Assembly (NCBI GenBank): GCA_035934055.1
Contig: DASYYF010000022.1
Coordinates: 4,877-68,876, forward strand
From: Steroidobacteraceae bacterium
GTDB taxonomy: Bacteria > Pseudomonadota > Gammaproteobacteria > Steroidobacterales > Steroidobacteraceae
Length of the DNA stretch: 64,000 bases
Direction of reading: 5' to 3'
Part shown: positions 37,120 through 44,988 of the stretch, piece after piece
Numbering within the stretch: the first letter of the stretch is position 1
Layout: every line of letters begins with the position of its first letter
Position numbers and translations under genes: made by a program
The notes under the pieces: model-generated
What the model saw: the letters and a program-made list of their open reading frames with translations, nothing else
Databases searched by the model: none
Told to the model about the DNA's origin: nothing

Positions 37120-38222
37120 GCCGCAGCGGCGCGCAACTGGCGCTGTTGCTGCTGCTCGCGAGCGGAGCCGCGGCGGCACAGTCGACCGTGGCAGAGCAGA
37201 ACGCCGTGCTGCTGCGCCAGCTTCACGATGTCCACGGCCTGAGCGACGAGCAGATGCGACGCATCCGCGGGATCTTCGCGCGCTCGGCAATCATCGGTCA
37301 GGGCAATCCCGCGATCACGCGCCATCCGGTGACGCCCGAGCAATGCCTGGCGCAGCTCGAGGAGCGGGGCATCAGATATGCCAACCCGCTCTTCGAGCGG
37401 ATCTGCGGCGCGAGGTACATGGCGCCGCTCTACGATCCGGCCAAGTCCCGCCCCGAGGACGCGAGCGCCTGCGTCGACCAGTTCGAGTTCCCGGACATCC
37501 CGTGCGCCTATCCGGTGGTATGGGTAAAGGCGCGCGAGGCCGCCGAGCTGTGCGCGGCGGAGGGCAAGCGGCTGTGCGACGCCAACGAGTGGGAGGATGC
37601 CTGTCAGGGCCGCACCGAGCCGCCGGATTACCGTTTCGATCTCGCGGTGGGCGTGCCGCCCGAGGTGGCGATCCGCCGCATGCGCGAGGCCCATAACCGC
37701 GCACACGAGGGCGACAAGCGCTGGAGCTACGGGCCCGAGTACCAGCGCGGCATCTGCGCCACCGGGAGCTTCAAGTCTCCGGGCTGCAACGGCGGCAACT
37801 GGAACCAATGCGGCTCAAACACCTATCCCGCAGGCGCTTTCCCCGCGTGCCACAGTCCGCTCGAGGTCTACGATCTCAACGGCAATGCCGCCGAGCACAT
37901 GAATCTGCCGCTCAACGTGGGCGAGATGTCGAGCCGCGGCAGCACGACGCTCGGCTACACCGAGATGAAGGGCAGCTGGTTCACCTTCGACACTTACCGC
38001 GCGCACGAGGACTGGTGCCGCTGGCGCGCGCCGTACTGGCACGGCTCGCGCGTCATGGACCCGCACAGCCACGCCAACTACCACCTGGGATTCCGCTGCT
38101 GCAACACGCTGACCGCGAAGCGGCCGGGCGCAAGCCTTACCGTGGCGCCGCCCGCGCCGTCAACAGATCCCGCAGCGCCGCCAGGCGCTGCGCGAGCTGC
38201 GGCCACGGTCCCTCGCCGGTAA
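37116..38222 (+). CDS. Exported formylglycine-generating-enzyme (FGE/SUMF1) fold protein
   Basis: Signal peptide LALLLLLASGAAAAQS. CDANEWEDAC, DLNGNAAEHMN, MKGSWFTF and the terminal HLGFRCC block. ATGA overlap with the upstream stop. Confidence 0.75.
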   Translation: MSRSGAQLALLLLLASGAAAAQSTVAEQNAVLLRQLHDVHGLSDEQMRRIRGIFARSAIIGQGNPAITRHPVTPEQCLAQLEERGIRYANPLFERICGARYMAPLYDPAKSRPEDASACVDQFEFPDIPCAYPVVWVKAREAAELCAAEGKRLCDANEWEDACQGRTEPPDYRFDLAVGVPPEVAIRRMREAHNRAHEGDKRWSYGPEYQRGICATGSFKSPGCNGGNWNQCGSNTYPAGAFPACHSPLEVYDLNGNAAEHMNLPLNVGEMSSRGSTTLGYTEMKGSWFTFDTYRAHEDWCRWRAPYWHGSRVMDPHSHANYHLGFRCCNTLTAKRPGASLTVAPPAPSTDPAAPPGAARAAATVPRR

Positions 38223-39105
38223 GCAGCCGCGCGGGCCCGGCCTCCGCCAGCAGCTCGCGCAGCGAGCGCGGCACGCCGTTCAGGTAGGCGGTGTCGCTCA
38301 CGAGCCGCACGCCGTGGCTGTAGTCCGCGTAGCGCGCACCGTGCACGGTACTCAAGGGCTGGATGGGCGCACCCACGCCGCGGTGCCAGCCGTAGATGGC
38401 GACCCGCCCGGGATTGGTCCACAGCCGGCTGGTGAGCACCAGATCCTTCTTGTCGCCGGCGGTGAGCTCGCCGAGCGGCGCGGAGAGTGCGGCCCGTTGC
38501 TCGCCGATCAGCTGGCTGTGCTCCACGAGATAGGCGGTGCTGCGCATCTCTTCTCCGGGCGGCAGCGGCAGCGGCGCGAGCTTCACGGGCGCGGCCGCGT
38601 AGATCGCGTCCACCATGTGCGGCGTCGGCAGCTCGAACCCGAAGCGTTGCGCCACCGCGAGCGCCGCCTCGAGGCCGAGCGGCACGAAGATGAAGTCGCG
38701 GTCGGAGCCGACCGCGAGATAATCGGGCAGCACGCACAGTGTGAGCTCGAGGGGGTGCGTCCGGTCCCCGCCGGCGATGCGCACCGGCACCGGGTGTCGC
38801 AGAAACTGCGGAATGTTTCCGGCCAGGAGCTCCCCGCGGATCAACGCATCGCGGGACACACCCGAGAGCTGCGCGGCACGCTGTGCGACCGCGCTCCCCG
38901 GGGACGCAGCAGCAGCCCGCGGCGGAATCGCGGCGACCGCGTCCGCCTCGCAGGCTGCGGACGTGGACGTGCGCGGAGCCTGCGCCGCACGGGCGCCGGC
39001 CTCGGCCGCGCCGGCGGTCGCGGCGAGCAGTGCGAGGCAGAGGCCTGCGCAGCGGGCCGCCATTCGCACGGCGTGGGGTCGTAACGTCATGGTGGGTATC
39101 GGCAA
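38137..39105 (-). CDS. Secreted hypothetical protein
   Basis: Signal peptide CAGLCLALLAATAGAAEA. No recognisable family. The 3' end overlaps the convergent FGE-like gene by 86 nt. Confidence 0.5.
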   Translation of the reverse strand: MPIPTMTLRPHAVRMAARCAGLCLALLAATAGAAEAGARAAQAPRTSTSAACEADAVAAIPPRAAAASPGSAVAQRAAQLSGVSRDALIRGELLAGNIPQFLRHPVPVRIAGGDRTHPLELTLCVLPDYLAVGSDRDFIFVPLGLEAALAVAQRFGFELPTPHMVDAIYAAAPVKLAPLPLPPGEEMRSTAYLVEHSQLIGEQRAALSAPLGELTAGDKKDLVLTSRLWTNPGRVAIYGWHRGVGAPIQPLSTVHGARYADYSHGVRLVSDTAYLNGVPRSLRELLAEAGPARLLTGEGPWPQLAQRLAALRDLLTARAAPR

Positions 39106-39348
39106 ATTACCGGGGTGCCGGGGCTTTGACCAGCCGGCGGCGTGCGAGTTTCTGCGCTCCGACCCCTTGAAAAACGCTTCTCCGCGCGCAATGTCGGGGC
39201 AGAGGCGCGCACCCGAGCGGCGCGCATGAAGCGCTCCCTTTCCGTCGCCGCGTAAGTACTTGCACGAATCGACCGTACCCGCCGGACGCTCGCACCCTTG
39301 AGGTCTCGCAAGAGGCAGCGCGCCTCAGACTCAGTCGCGGACACTACC

Positions 39349-39897
39349 ATGATCATTCCACTGCAGATCACGTTCCGGCACATGGATCCTTCGCCCGCTC
39401 TGGAAGCGCGCATTCGCGAGCTCGCCACCAGGCTCGACCGGTTCAGCGAGCACATCATGCGCTGCCGCGTGGTCGTCGAGCCGCTGCCGCGCCATTCACA
39501 TCAGGGTGCGCTCCATGACATCCGTATCGACATCACGCTGCCCGACGATGAGATCGCCATCCGCCGCGCCCACCCCGGCGATCACGCCCACGAAGACCCC
39601 TACGTGGCGCTGCGCGACGCATTCCACGCTGCCCGGCGCAAGCTCGAGGACTACGAGCGCAAGCACCGCCTGGACGTCAAGAGTCACGTGGCGCCCGCTG
39701 AGGGGCGGATCTGCGAGCTCGATGCCGCGCGCGATGGCGGCCGCATCGAGACCGACGACGGGCGCCTCATCTACTTCCATCGCAACAGTGTCCTCGGCGG
39801 CAGGTTTCAGGACCTGACGACGGGCACCAAGGTGCGCTTCGTCGAGGAAGCCGGAGATCTCGGGCCCCAGGCGAGCACGGTGCGTGTGGTTGCCTGA
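39349..39897 (+). CDS. Ribosome hibernation factor (HPF/RaiA N-domain) fused to a cold-shock-like domain
   Basis: MIIPLQITFRHMDPSPALEARIRELATRLDRF...DPYVALRDAFHAARRKLEDYERKHR (S30AE/HPF). C-terminal GRICELDAARDGGRIETDDGRLIYFHRNSVLGG..LTTGTKVRFVEEAGDLGPQASTVRVV (CSD-like). Confidence 0.75.
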   Translation: MIIPLQITFRHMDPSPALEARIRELATRLDRFSEHIMRCRVVVEPLPRHSHQGALHDIRIDITLPDDEIAIRRAHPGDHAHEDPYVALRDAFHAARRKLEDYERKHRLDVKSHVAPAEGRICELDAARDGGRIETDDGRLIYFHRNSVLGGRFQDLTTGTKVRFVEEAGDLGPQASTVRVVA

Positions 39898-39916
39898 GCG
39901 CGCCGCGCGCCGCGCC

Positions 39917-40564
39917 TCAGGATGCGGCGCGCGCCTCCCGAGCCGCACCCGCCGCGTGCTCGACGTGCGTCCCCTCCGTCTCCATGCGAACTGACGCACG
40001 GACCGCGCCGAGCCGCTCGTAGAGCCGCCGCCGGCGGTAGAGCGGCACCCAGCCGTAGAGCAGCGTCTCCACCGGCCGCCACAACGCCAGCCAGGCGATG
40101 ATGATCAGGCCTTCGTCGAGCATGTGGGGTGCCCTCCCCGGCAGGAGGCCCGCGAGAATCCCGCGGATGGTCATGCTGACGAGGAAAATCGTCACACCGC
40201 CGAGCAGCGCCAGCTGCGCGACCCGCATCTCATCGCGCAGCCGGCGGCGCGCCGAGGTCGCCAGGCGCTCGTAATAGTGCTCGATTGCGGCCTGCAGGTC
40301 CCCGGCCAGCGCGGCGCCCTCCTGGGCATGGACGTGCAGATGCCAGGTATGCGCCGAGAGCTTCTCGCTGAACTCGTCCTCGATGAACTCCGCGGCCTCC
40401 GGGTCGAGGTCACGATCCCAGAATGGCGAGGGATCGAGCGAGTTGAACATCTGCGCGACGTTGCGCACGTGGATGCTCACGCTGGCCGCGCTCGCCGCCC
40501 GCTGCGATGCGTGATGCTTTCCCCTGCCGAGCAGAGCGCGGGCAAGACTCGCCGCGGTGGTCAC
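39917..40564 (-). CDS. Membrane protein, unknown function
   Basis: Soluble N-terminal region followed by two TM segments (LALLGGVTIFLVSMTIRGILAGLL and LIIIAWLALW). Coding-like composition. Confidence 0.5.
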   Translation of the reverse strand: MTTAASLARALLGRGKHHASQRAASAASVSIHVRNVAQMFNSLDPSPFWDRDLDPEAAEFIEDEFSEKLSAHTWHLHVHAQEGAALAGDLQAAIEHYYERLATSARRRLRDEMRVAQLALLGGVTIFLVSMTIRGILAGLLPGRAPHMLDEGLIIIAWLALWRPVETLLYGWVPLYRRRRLYERLGAVRASVRMETEGTHVEHAAGAAREARAAS

Positions 40565-40578
40565 GAGTGCGCTCCCGG

Positions 40579-40980
40579 CTACACCGTGGCCTCGCGAGCG
40601 ACCTCGGCGAGCTGCTCGAGGTTCGATTCGCTCGCCAACTCGCCTTCGTTATCCGCCGTGGTTTCCTCCCACGCCTCGCGAGGGCGCCGATGGGGCTCGA
40701 GCGGCTCCGCCCAGTCGGCGCCGCTCATCTCGGTCTCCGAATAGCCGAGGTCGTCGCGCTCGACGTCGTCCACGGGCCCGGTCCAGTCCTCCGGCGGCTC
40801 GGCCAGGCCGAGGGGCAGGAGACGCCAGGACTCCTCGTCGATCTCGTCGAGGTCACCGTCGAATGTCTGGATCTCGATGGTGCCGGCCTCCTTGTCGCAG
40901 CCCGTCACCTGGAAGATCTCGCCCTTATCCCACCGCAGGTACCACTGGCCGATCCGCGCGCTCCCGACACCGTTGTTCAT
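40579..40980 (-). CDS. Acidic hypothetical protein
   Basis: IGQWYLRWDKGEIFQVTGCDKEAGTIEIQTFDGDLDEID, then a D/E-rich tail. 14 nt upstream of the membrane-protein gene. Confidence 0.5.
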   Translation of the reverse strand: MNNGVGSARIGQWYLRWDKGEIFQVTGCDKEAGTIEIQTFDGDLDEIDEESWRLLPLGLAEPPEDWTGPVDDVERDDLGYSETEMSGADWAEPLEPHRRPREAWEETTADNEGELASESNLEQLAEVAREATV

Positions 40981-41030
40981 AAGCTACCTCCGCCGTCTGC
41001 CCCGACACTGCGCCGCTTGCCCGGCGGGCG

Positions 41031-41046
41031 GAATACGCGAAAGTGC
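41031..41046 (-). promoter_or_regulatory. Shared promoter-proximal motif GAATACGSGAAAGTGC, copy 1
   Basis: The + strand reads GAATACGCGAAAGTGC. On the gene strand it reads GCACTTTCGCGTATTC, 50 nt upstream of the ATG at 40980. Confidence 0.45.
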
Positions 41047-41223
41047 GCATCGGACTTCGGCTTCCGCCCGCGCAAGGCGGCTTTTCCGGCCGAGCATGCC
41101 TGGTCGCGGCGCGCCGCGGGCGAGTGGCCGCCATCGATTCCCGAGGCCGATCGTCACGAATACGATCAGGCGGCCATCAGGCACTGGCTGGAGGTGTTCA
41201 TCACCCTGAAGGGCCGCCGCCGC

Positions 41224-42951
41224 TCAGCGGCGCGCCGCCTTGAGGAGCGTGCGCAGCTCGGCGAGCGGGCGCGCGTTGAGCACGTCCTGCCGGCGCGCCC
41301 AGCCGCGGCGCGCCTGCCGCACCGCGCAGTCGAGAAAGGCGAATTGCTCGGCCGAGTGGGAATCGCTCGCGAGGCTCAGCAGCACGCCGGCGTCGCGGGC
41401 CGCCTTGACGTGCACGTCGTCGAGGTCGAGACGGCTGGGCTGGCCGTTGACCTCGAGGCAGCAGCCGCGCTCGCGCGCCGCCGCGATGACGCGCCCGAAA
41501 TCGAGTGCCAACGGCGCGCGCTCGCCGAGCAGCCGTCCGCTCGGGTGCGCCAGGACGTCGACGTGGGGGCGCTCGAGCGCACGCAGCACGCGTGCCGTCT
41601 GCTCGGCCTCGGGCTTGTCGAAGTGACCGTGGATGGCGATGACCACCACGTCGAGCCGTGCGAGCACCGCGTCGGGCAGCGCCAGACGCCCATCCTCGAG
41701 AATGTCCACCTCCGCACCCTTCAGCACCACGAGACCCTCGAGCTTCTCGTTGAGCGCATCGATGGCGTCCGCCTGACGCGCCAGCCGCCCGGCGTCGAGG
41801 CCGTGAACGATGCCGAGGTGCTGCGCATGGTCCGTGATCGCCACATAGCGCAGCCCGCGCCGCCGCGCGGCCTCGACCATGCCCGCGAGCGTGTCGCGGC
41901 CGTCGGAGGCGTCGGTGTGCACGTGCAGGTCGCCCTGCAGGTCGCTGCGCTCGATGAGCTTCGGCAGCGCGCCGTGCTCGGCCGCCTCGATCTCGCCGCG
42001 GTCCTCGCGCAGCTCCGGCGCGATCCACGCGAGCCCCAATGCCTTGAAGAGCTGCTGCTCGCTCGCGCCCGCCACGCGCTTGCCGTCGCGAAACAGGCCG
42101 TATTCGCTCAGCTTGTAGCCGCGCTCCTGGGCCCGCCGGCGGATGTGGATGTTGTGATCGCGGCTGCCCGTGAAGTAATGCAGCGCCGCTCCGAAGCTCT
42201 GCGGCGCCACCACGCGTATGTCGACCTGCAGGCCGTTGCGCAGCACGCCGCTCGCCCTGGTGGTGCCGGCCGCGGTCAGAGTGCGCAGGTCCGGATACGC
42301 TCGCAGGGCCTCGAGCGTCGCAGCCGCCGTGCGCGCCGCGACGAGCACGTCGAGATCGCCGACCGTGTCGCGGCCGCGGCGGTAGCTGCCGGCGATCTCG
42401 ACCTCGCTCACGCCGGGCACCGCGCGCAGATACTCCCGCAGCGGCTCGGCATCCTGCGCGGCCACCGTGCGCAGCGGCCGCTTCGGAGCCCGCTCACTCG
42501 CGCCGGCCAGGGCCGCCCGCAGGCGCGCCTCGAGCGCGGCGCCGAAGCCGCGCAGCCGTGAGAGCCGCCCGGCGGCAAGCGCGCGCCTGAGGTCCGAGCG
42601 GTTGCGGATACGCAGTCCGCTGCGCAACGCCCGCACCCGCACGGGACCGAGGCCCGGAAGCTCGAGCAGCTCGCGCAGGCCCGCCGGAACCTGCCGCCGC
42701 AGCTGCACGAGTGCCCGCAGCTCGCCGGTCCTCACCAGCTCGGCGATCTTGCCGGCGAGATCCGCGCCTATGCCCGGGAGCTTCTCGTACTCGTCGGCGC
42801 CCTTCATGGCCGAGAGCTCCTGAGGGAGGCCGCGCACCACCTGCGCGGCGAGCTGGTAGGCGCGGATCCGGAACGGGTTGCCGCCCTGGATGGCGAGCAG
42901 GTCCGCCATCTCCTCGAATGCGGCCGCCACCTCTTCGTTGTGCACGCTCAT
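41224..42951 (-). CDS. polX: Family X DNA polymerase with C-terminal PHP domain (PolX)
   Basis: EEMADLLAIQGGNPFRIRAYQLAAQVV...LPGIGADLAGKIAEL...GSYRRGRDTVGDLDVLV...PHP DLHVHTDASDGR...AITDH...SDSH. ATG 42951. Confidence 0.9.
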   Translation of the reverse strand: MSVHNEEVAAAFEEMADLLAIQGGNPFRIRAYQLAAQVVRGLPQELSAMKGADEYEKLPGIGADLAGKIAELVRTGELRALVQLRRQVPAGLRELLELPGLGPVRVRALRSGLRIRNRSDLRRALAAGRLSRLRGFGAALEARLRAALAGASERAPKRPLRTVAAQDAEPLREYLRAVPGVSEVEIAGSYRRGRDTVGDLDVLVAARTAAATLEALRAYPDLRTLTAAGTTRASGVLRNGLQVDIRVVAPQSFGAALHYFTGSRDHNIHIRRRAQERGYKLSEYGLFRDGKRVAGASEQQLFKALGLAWIAPELREDRGEIEAAEHGALPKLIERSDLQGDLHVHTDASDGRDTLAGMVEAARRRGLRYVAITDHAQHLGIVHGLDAGRLARQADAIDALNEKLEGLVVLKGAEVDILEDGRLALPDAVLARLDVVVIAIHGHFDKPEAEQTARVLRALERPHVDVLAHPSGRLLGERAPLALDFGRVIAAARERGCCLEVNGQPSRLDLDDVHVKAARDAGVLLSLASDSHSAEQFAFLDCAVRQARRGWARRQDVLNARPLAELRTLLKAARR

Positions 42952-42994
42952 GAATGCAGTCCGTGAACACACTCCGGCAAACGGCAGCCGCGAC

Positions 42995-43010
42995 GAATAC
43001 GGGAAAGTGC
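42995..43010 (-). promoter_or_regulatory. Shared promoter-proximal motif GAATACGSGAAAGTGC, copy 2
   Basis: The + strand reads GAATACGGGAAAGTGC, 15 of 16 identical to 41031..41046. It lies 43 nt upstream of the PolX ATG (42951) and about 105 nt upstream of nrdJ (43115). Confidence 0.45.
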
Positions 43011-43114
43011 CTAGCCCGCGCCGACCGTGGCGAGATCCGCGCGCGCCGCTAGGTAGTCGTGCGGATGCCCCTGGCGCGCCCGGCCGGCAGGCTTGCGGGA
43101 GGATCGTTCCGCAG

Positions 43115-44962
43115 ATGGCGCAGTTACCCATGTCCGCCGCGACCGAAGAGACTCTGCCGCAGTTCATGTGGCGGACGCGCTACCGGGATAGCGAAGCGTC
43201 CCCGCCCGAAGCCGATCTCGGTGCCACCTGGCGGCGGGTTGCCGCGAGCGTCGCCGCGATCGAGCGCGAGCCGCAACTCTGGCGCGAGCGCTTCCTCGGC
43301 ATCCTCAGGAACTACCGCTTCCTGCCGGGAGGCCGGATCCTCGCAGGCGCCGGTACGCAGCATCAGGTGACGCTGTGCAACTGCTTCGTCATGGGCCTCA
43401 TCGACGACTCGGTGGAAGGCATCTTCGAGGCGCTCAAGGAGGGAGCGCTCACGATGCAGCAGGGAGGCGGTATCGGCTACGACTTCTCGACACTGCGGCC
43501 GCGGGGGGCGCGTGCACACACCAGCGGCACGATCGCCTCGGGACCCGTGTCGTTCATGCGGGTGTGGGATGCCATGTGCGCGACCGTGCTTTCGACCGGC
43601 GCGCGCCGCGGCGCCATGATGGCGACCCTGCGCTGCGACCACCCGGATATCGAGGAGTTCGTCGCGGCCAAGCGCGAGCCCGAGGCACTGCCGCGCTTCA
43701 ATCTCTCGGTGCTCGTCACCGATCCCTTCATGGAGGCGGTGAGGCGCGACGATGAGTGGCCGCTCGTATTCCCCGAGCGCGAGCTCCAGGGCGAGGCGCC
43801 GGCCGGGACCCTCGAGCGCAGCTGGAGCGGCAGCGCCGTGCCGGTGGCGTGCCGGATCCACAGGGTGATCCGCGCGCGCGAGCTGTGGAGGCGGCTCTGC
43901 GACAGCGCCTACGACTGCGCCGAGCCCGGCGTGCTCTTCATCGATCGCATCAATGCCGAGAACAACCTCGGCTACTGCGAAACGCTGAGCGCCACGAACC
44001 CGTGCGCCGAGGAGCCGCTGCCCTCCTTCGGCGCCTGCAATCTCGGCTCGCTCAATCTGACCGCCTTCGTGCTCGATCCGTTCACGCCGCGCGCCCGCCT
44101 CGATCAGGGCTCGCTGCGCGAGGTGGCCCGCCTCGCGGTCAGGTTTCTCGACAACGTCATCGAGATCTCGCGCTTTCCGCTCGCGCGCCAGCGCGAGCAG
44201 GCGCACCGCTCGCGCCGCGTCGGACTCGGGGTGACGGGGCTCGCCGATGCGCTCGCGATGCTCGGTCTGCGCTACGACAGCGAGGCGGCACGCAGCGCGG
44301 CCGCCGACACCATGAAGGTGGTGCGCGACGCGGCCTACGAGGCCTCGGTCGGGCTGGCGGGCGAGCGCGGCGCGTTCCCCGCCTTCGACGCCGGACAGTA
44401 CCTCGAGCGGCCGTTCATCCGCAGACTGCCGCCGCACCTCAAGGAGGCGATCCGGCGTCAGGGGATCCGCAACAGCCACCTGCTGGCGATCGCACCGGCC
44501 GGCAGCATCAGCCTCCTGGCCGGCAATCTGAGCAGCGGCATCGAGCCGATCTTCGGGCGCGAGACCGCACGGCGCGTGCTCGACAGCGACGGCCGGCGGC
44601 GCGATTTCCTCCTCACCGATTACGCCTACGCCGCCTGGCGGGCGCGCGGTGCAAGCGGCGGCGCCGCGCCGCCGGATGCGTTCCTCGACTGGCGCTCGCT
44701 CAGCGCCCGCGATCATCTTCTCATGCAGGCCGCGCTGCAGCCCTGCGTGGACGGCGCCATCTCCAAGACCGTGATGCTGCCGCACGCGCTGCCGCCTGCG
44801 AGCGTGATGGAGATCTTCCAGAGCGCCTACGAGCTCGGGCTCAAGGGCTGTACGGTATTCCGCGAAGGTACGCGCCGTGCGATCGTCGCCGGCACCGCGG
44901 CGGCCGCGCCGCCGCCGGTCGAGGGAGCGCACTGCCACGACATCGAGCGCGAGTGCGACTGA
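43115..44962 (+). CDS. nrdJ: Class II (adenosylcobalamin-dependent) ribonucleotide reductase
   Basis: RFLPGGRILAGAGT...CNCFV...MQQGGGIGYDFSTLRPRGA...GARRGAMMATL...ATNPCAEEPLPSFGACNLGSLNL. Confidence 0.9.
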   Translation: MAQLPMSAATEETLPQFMWRTRYRDSEASPPEADLGATWRRVAASVAAIEREPQLWRERFLGILRNYRFLPGGRILAGAGTQHQVTLCNCFVMGLIDDSVEGIFEALKEGALTMQQGGGIGYDFSTLRPRGARAHTSGTIASGPVSFMRVWDAMCATVLSTGARRGAMMATLRCDHPDIEEFVAAKREPEALPRFNLSVLVTDPFMEAVRRDDEWPLVFPERELQGEAPAGTLERSWSGSAVPVACRIHRVIRARELWRRLCDSAYDCAEPGVLFIDRINAENNLGYCETLSATNPCAEEPLPSFGACNLGSLNLTAFVLDPFTPRARLDQGSLREVARLAVRFLDNVIEISRFPLARQREQAHRSRRVGLGVTGLADALAMLGLRYDSEAARSAAADTMKVVRDAAYEASVGLAGERGAFPAFDAGQYLERPFIRRLPPHLKEAIRRQGIRNSHLLAIAPAGSISLLAGNLSSGIEPIFGRETARRVLDSDGRRRDFLLTDYAYAAWRARGASGGAAPPDAFLDWRSLSARDHLLMQAALQPCVDGAISKTVMLPHALPPASVMEIFQSAYELGLKGCTVFREGTRRAIVAGTAAAAPPPVEGAHCHDIERECD

Positions 44963-44988
44963 GCGGGCTTTCCAGCGGACGCGCGGCG

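Noticed and set aside
42990-43016. Reading the shared motif on the gene strand (GGCACTTTCCCGTATTC) as a sigma-54 -24/-12 promoter.
   Set aside because: A GG is present, but the base pair 10 nt downstream is TA rather than the GC of TGGCAC-N5-TTGC, and the 41031 copy lacks the GG. I also found no match to FNR (TTGAT-N4-ATCAA), NarL heptamer pairs or the DosR palindrome.
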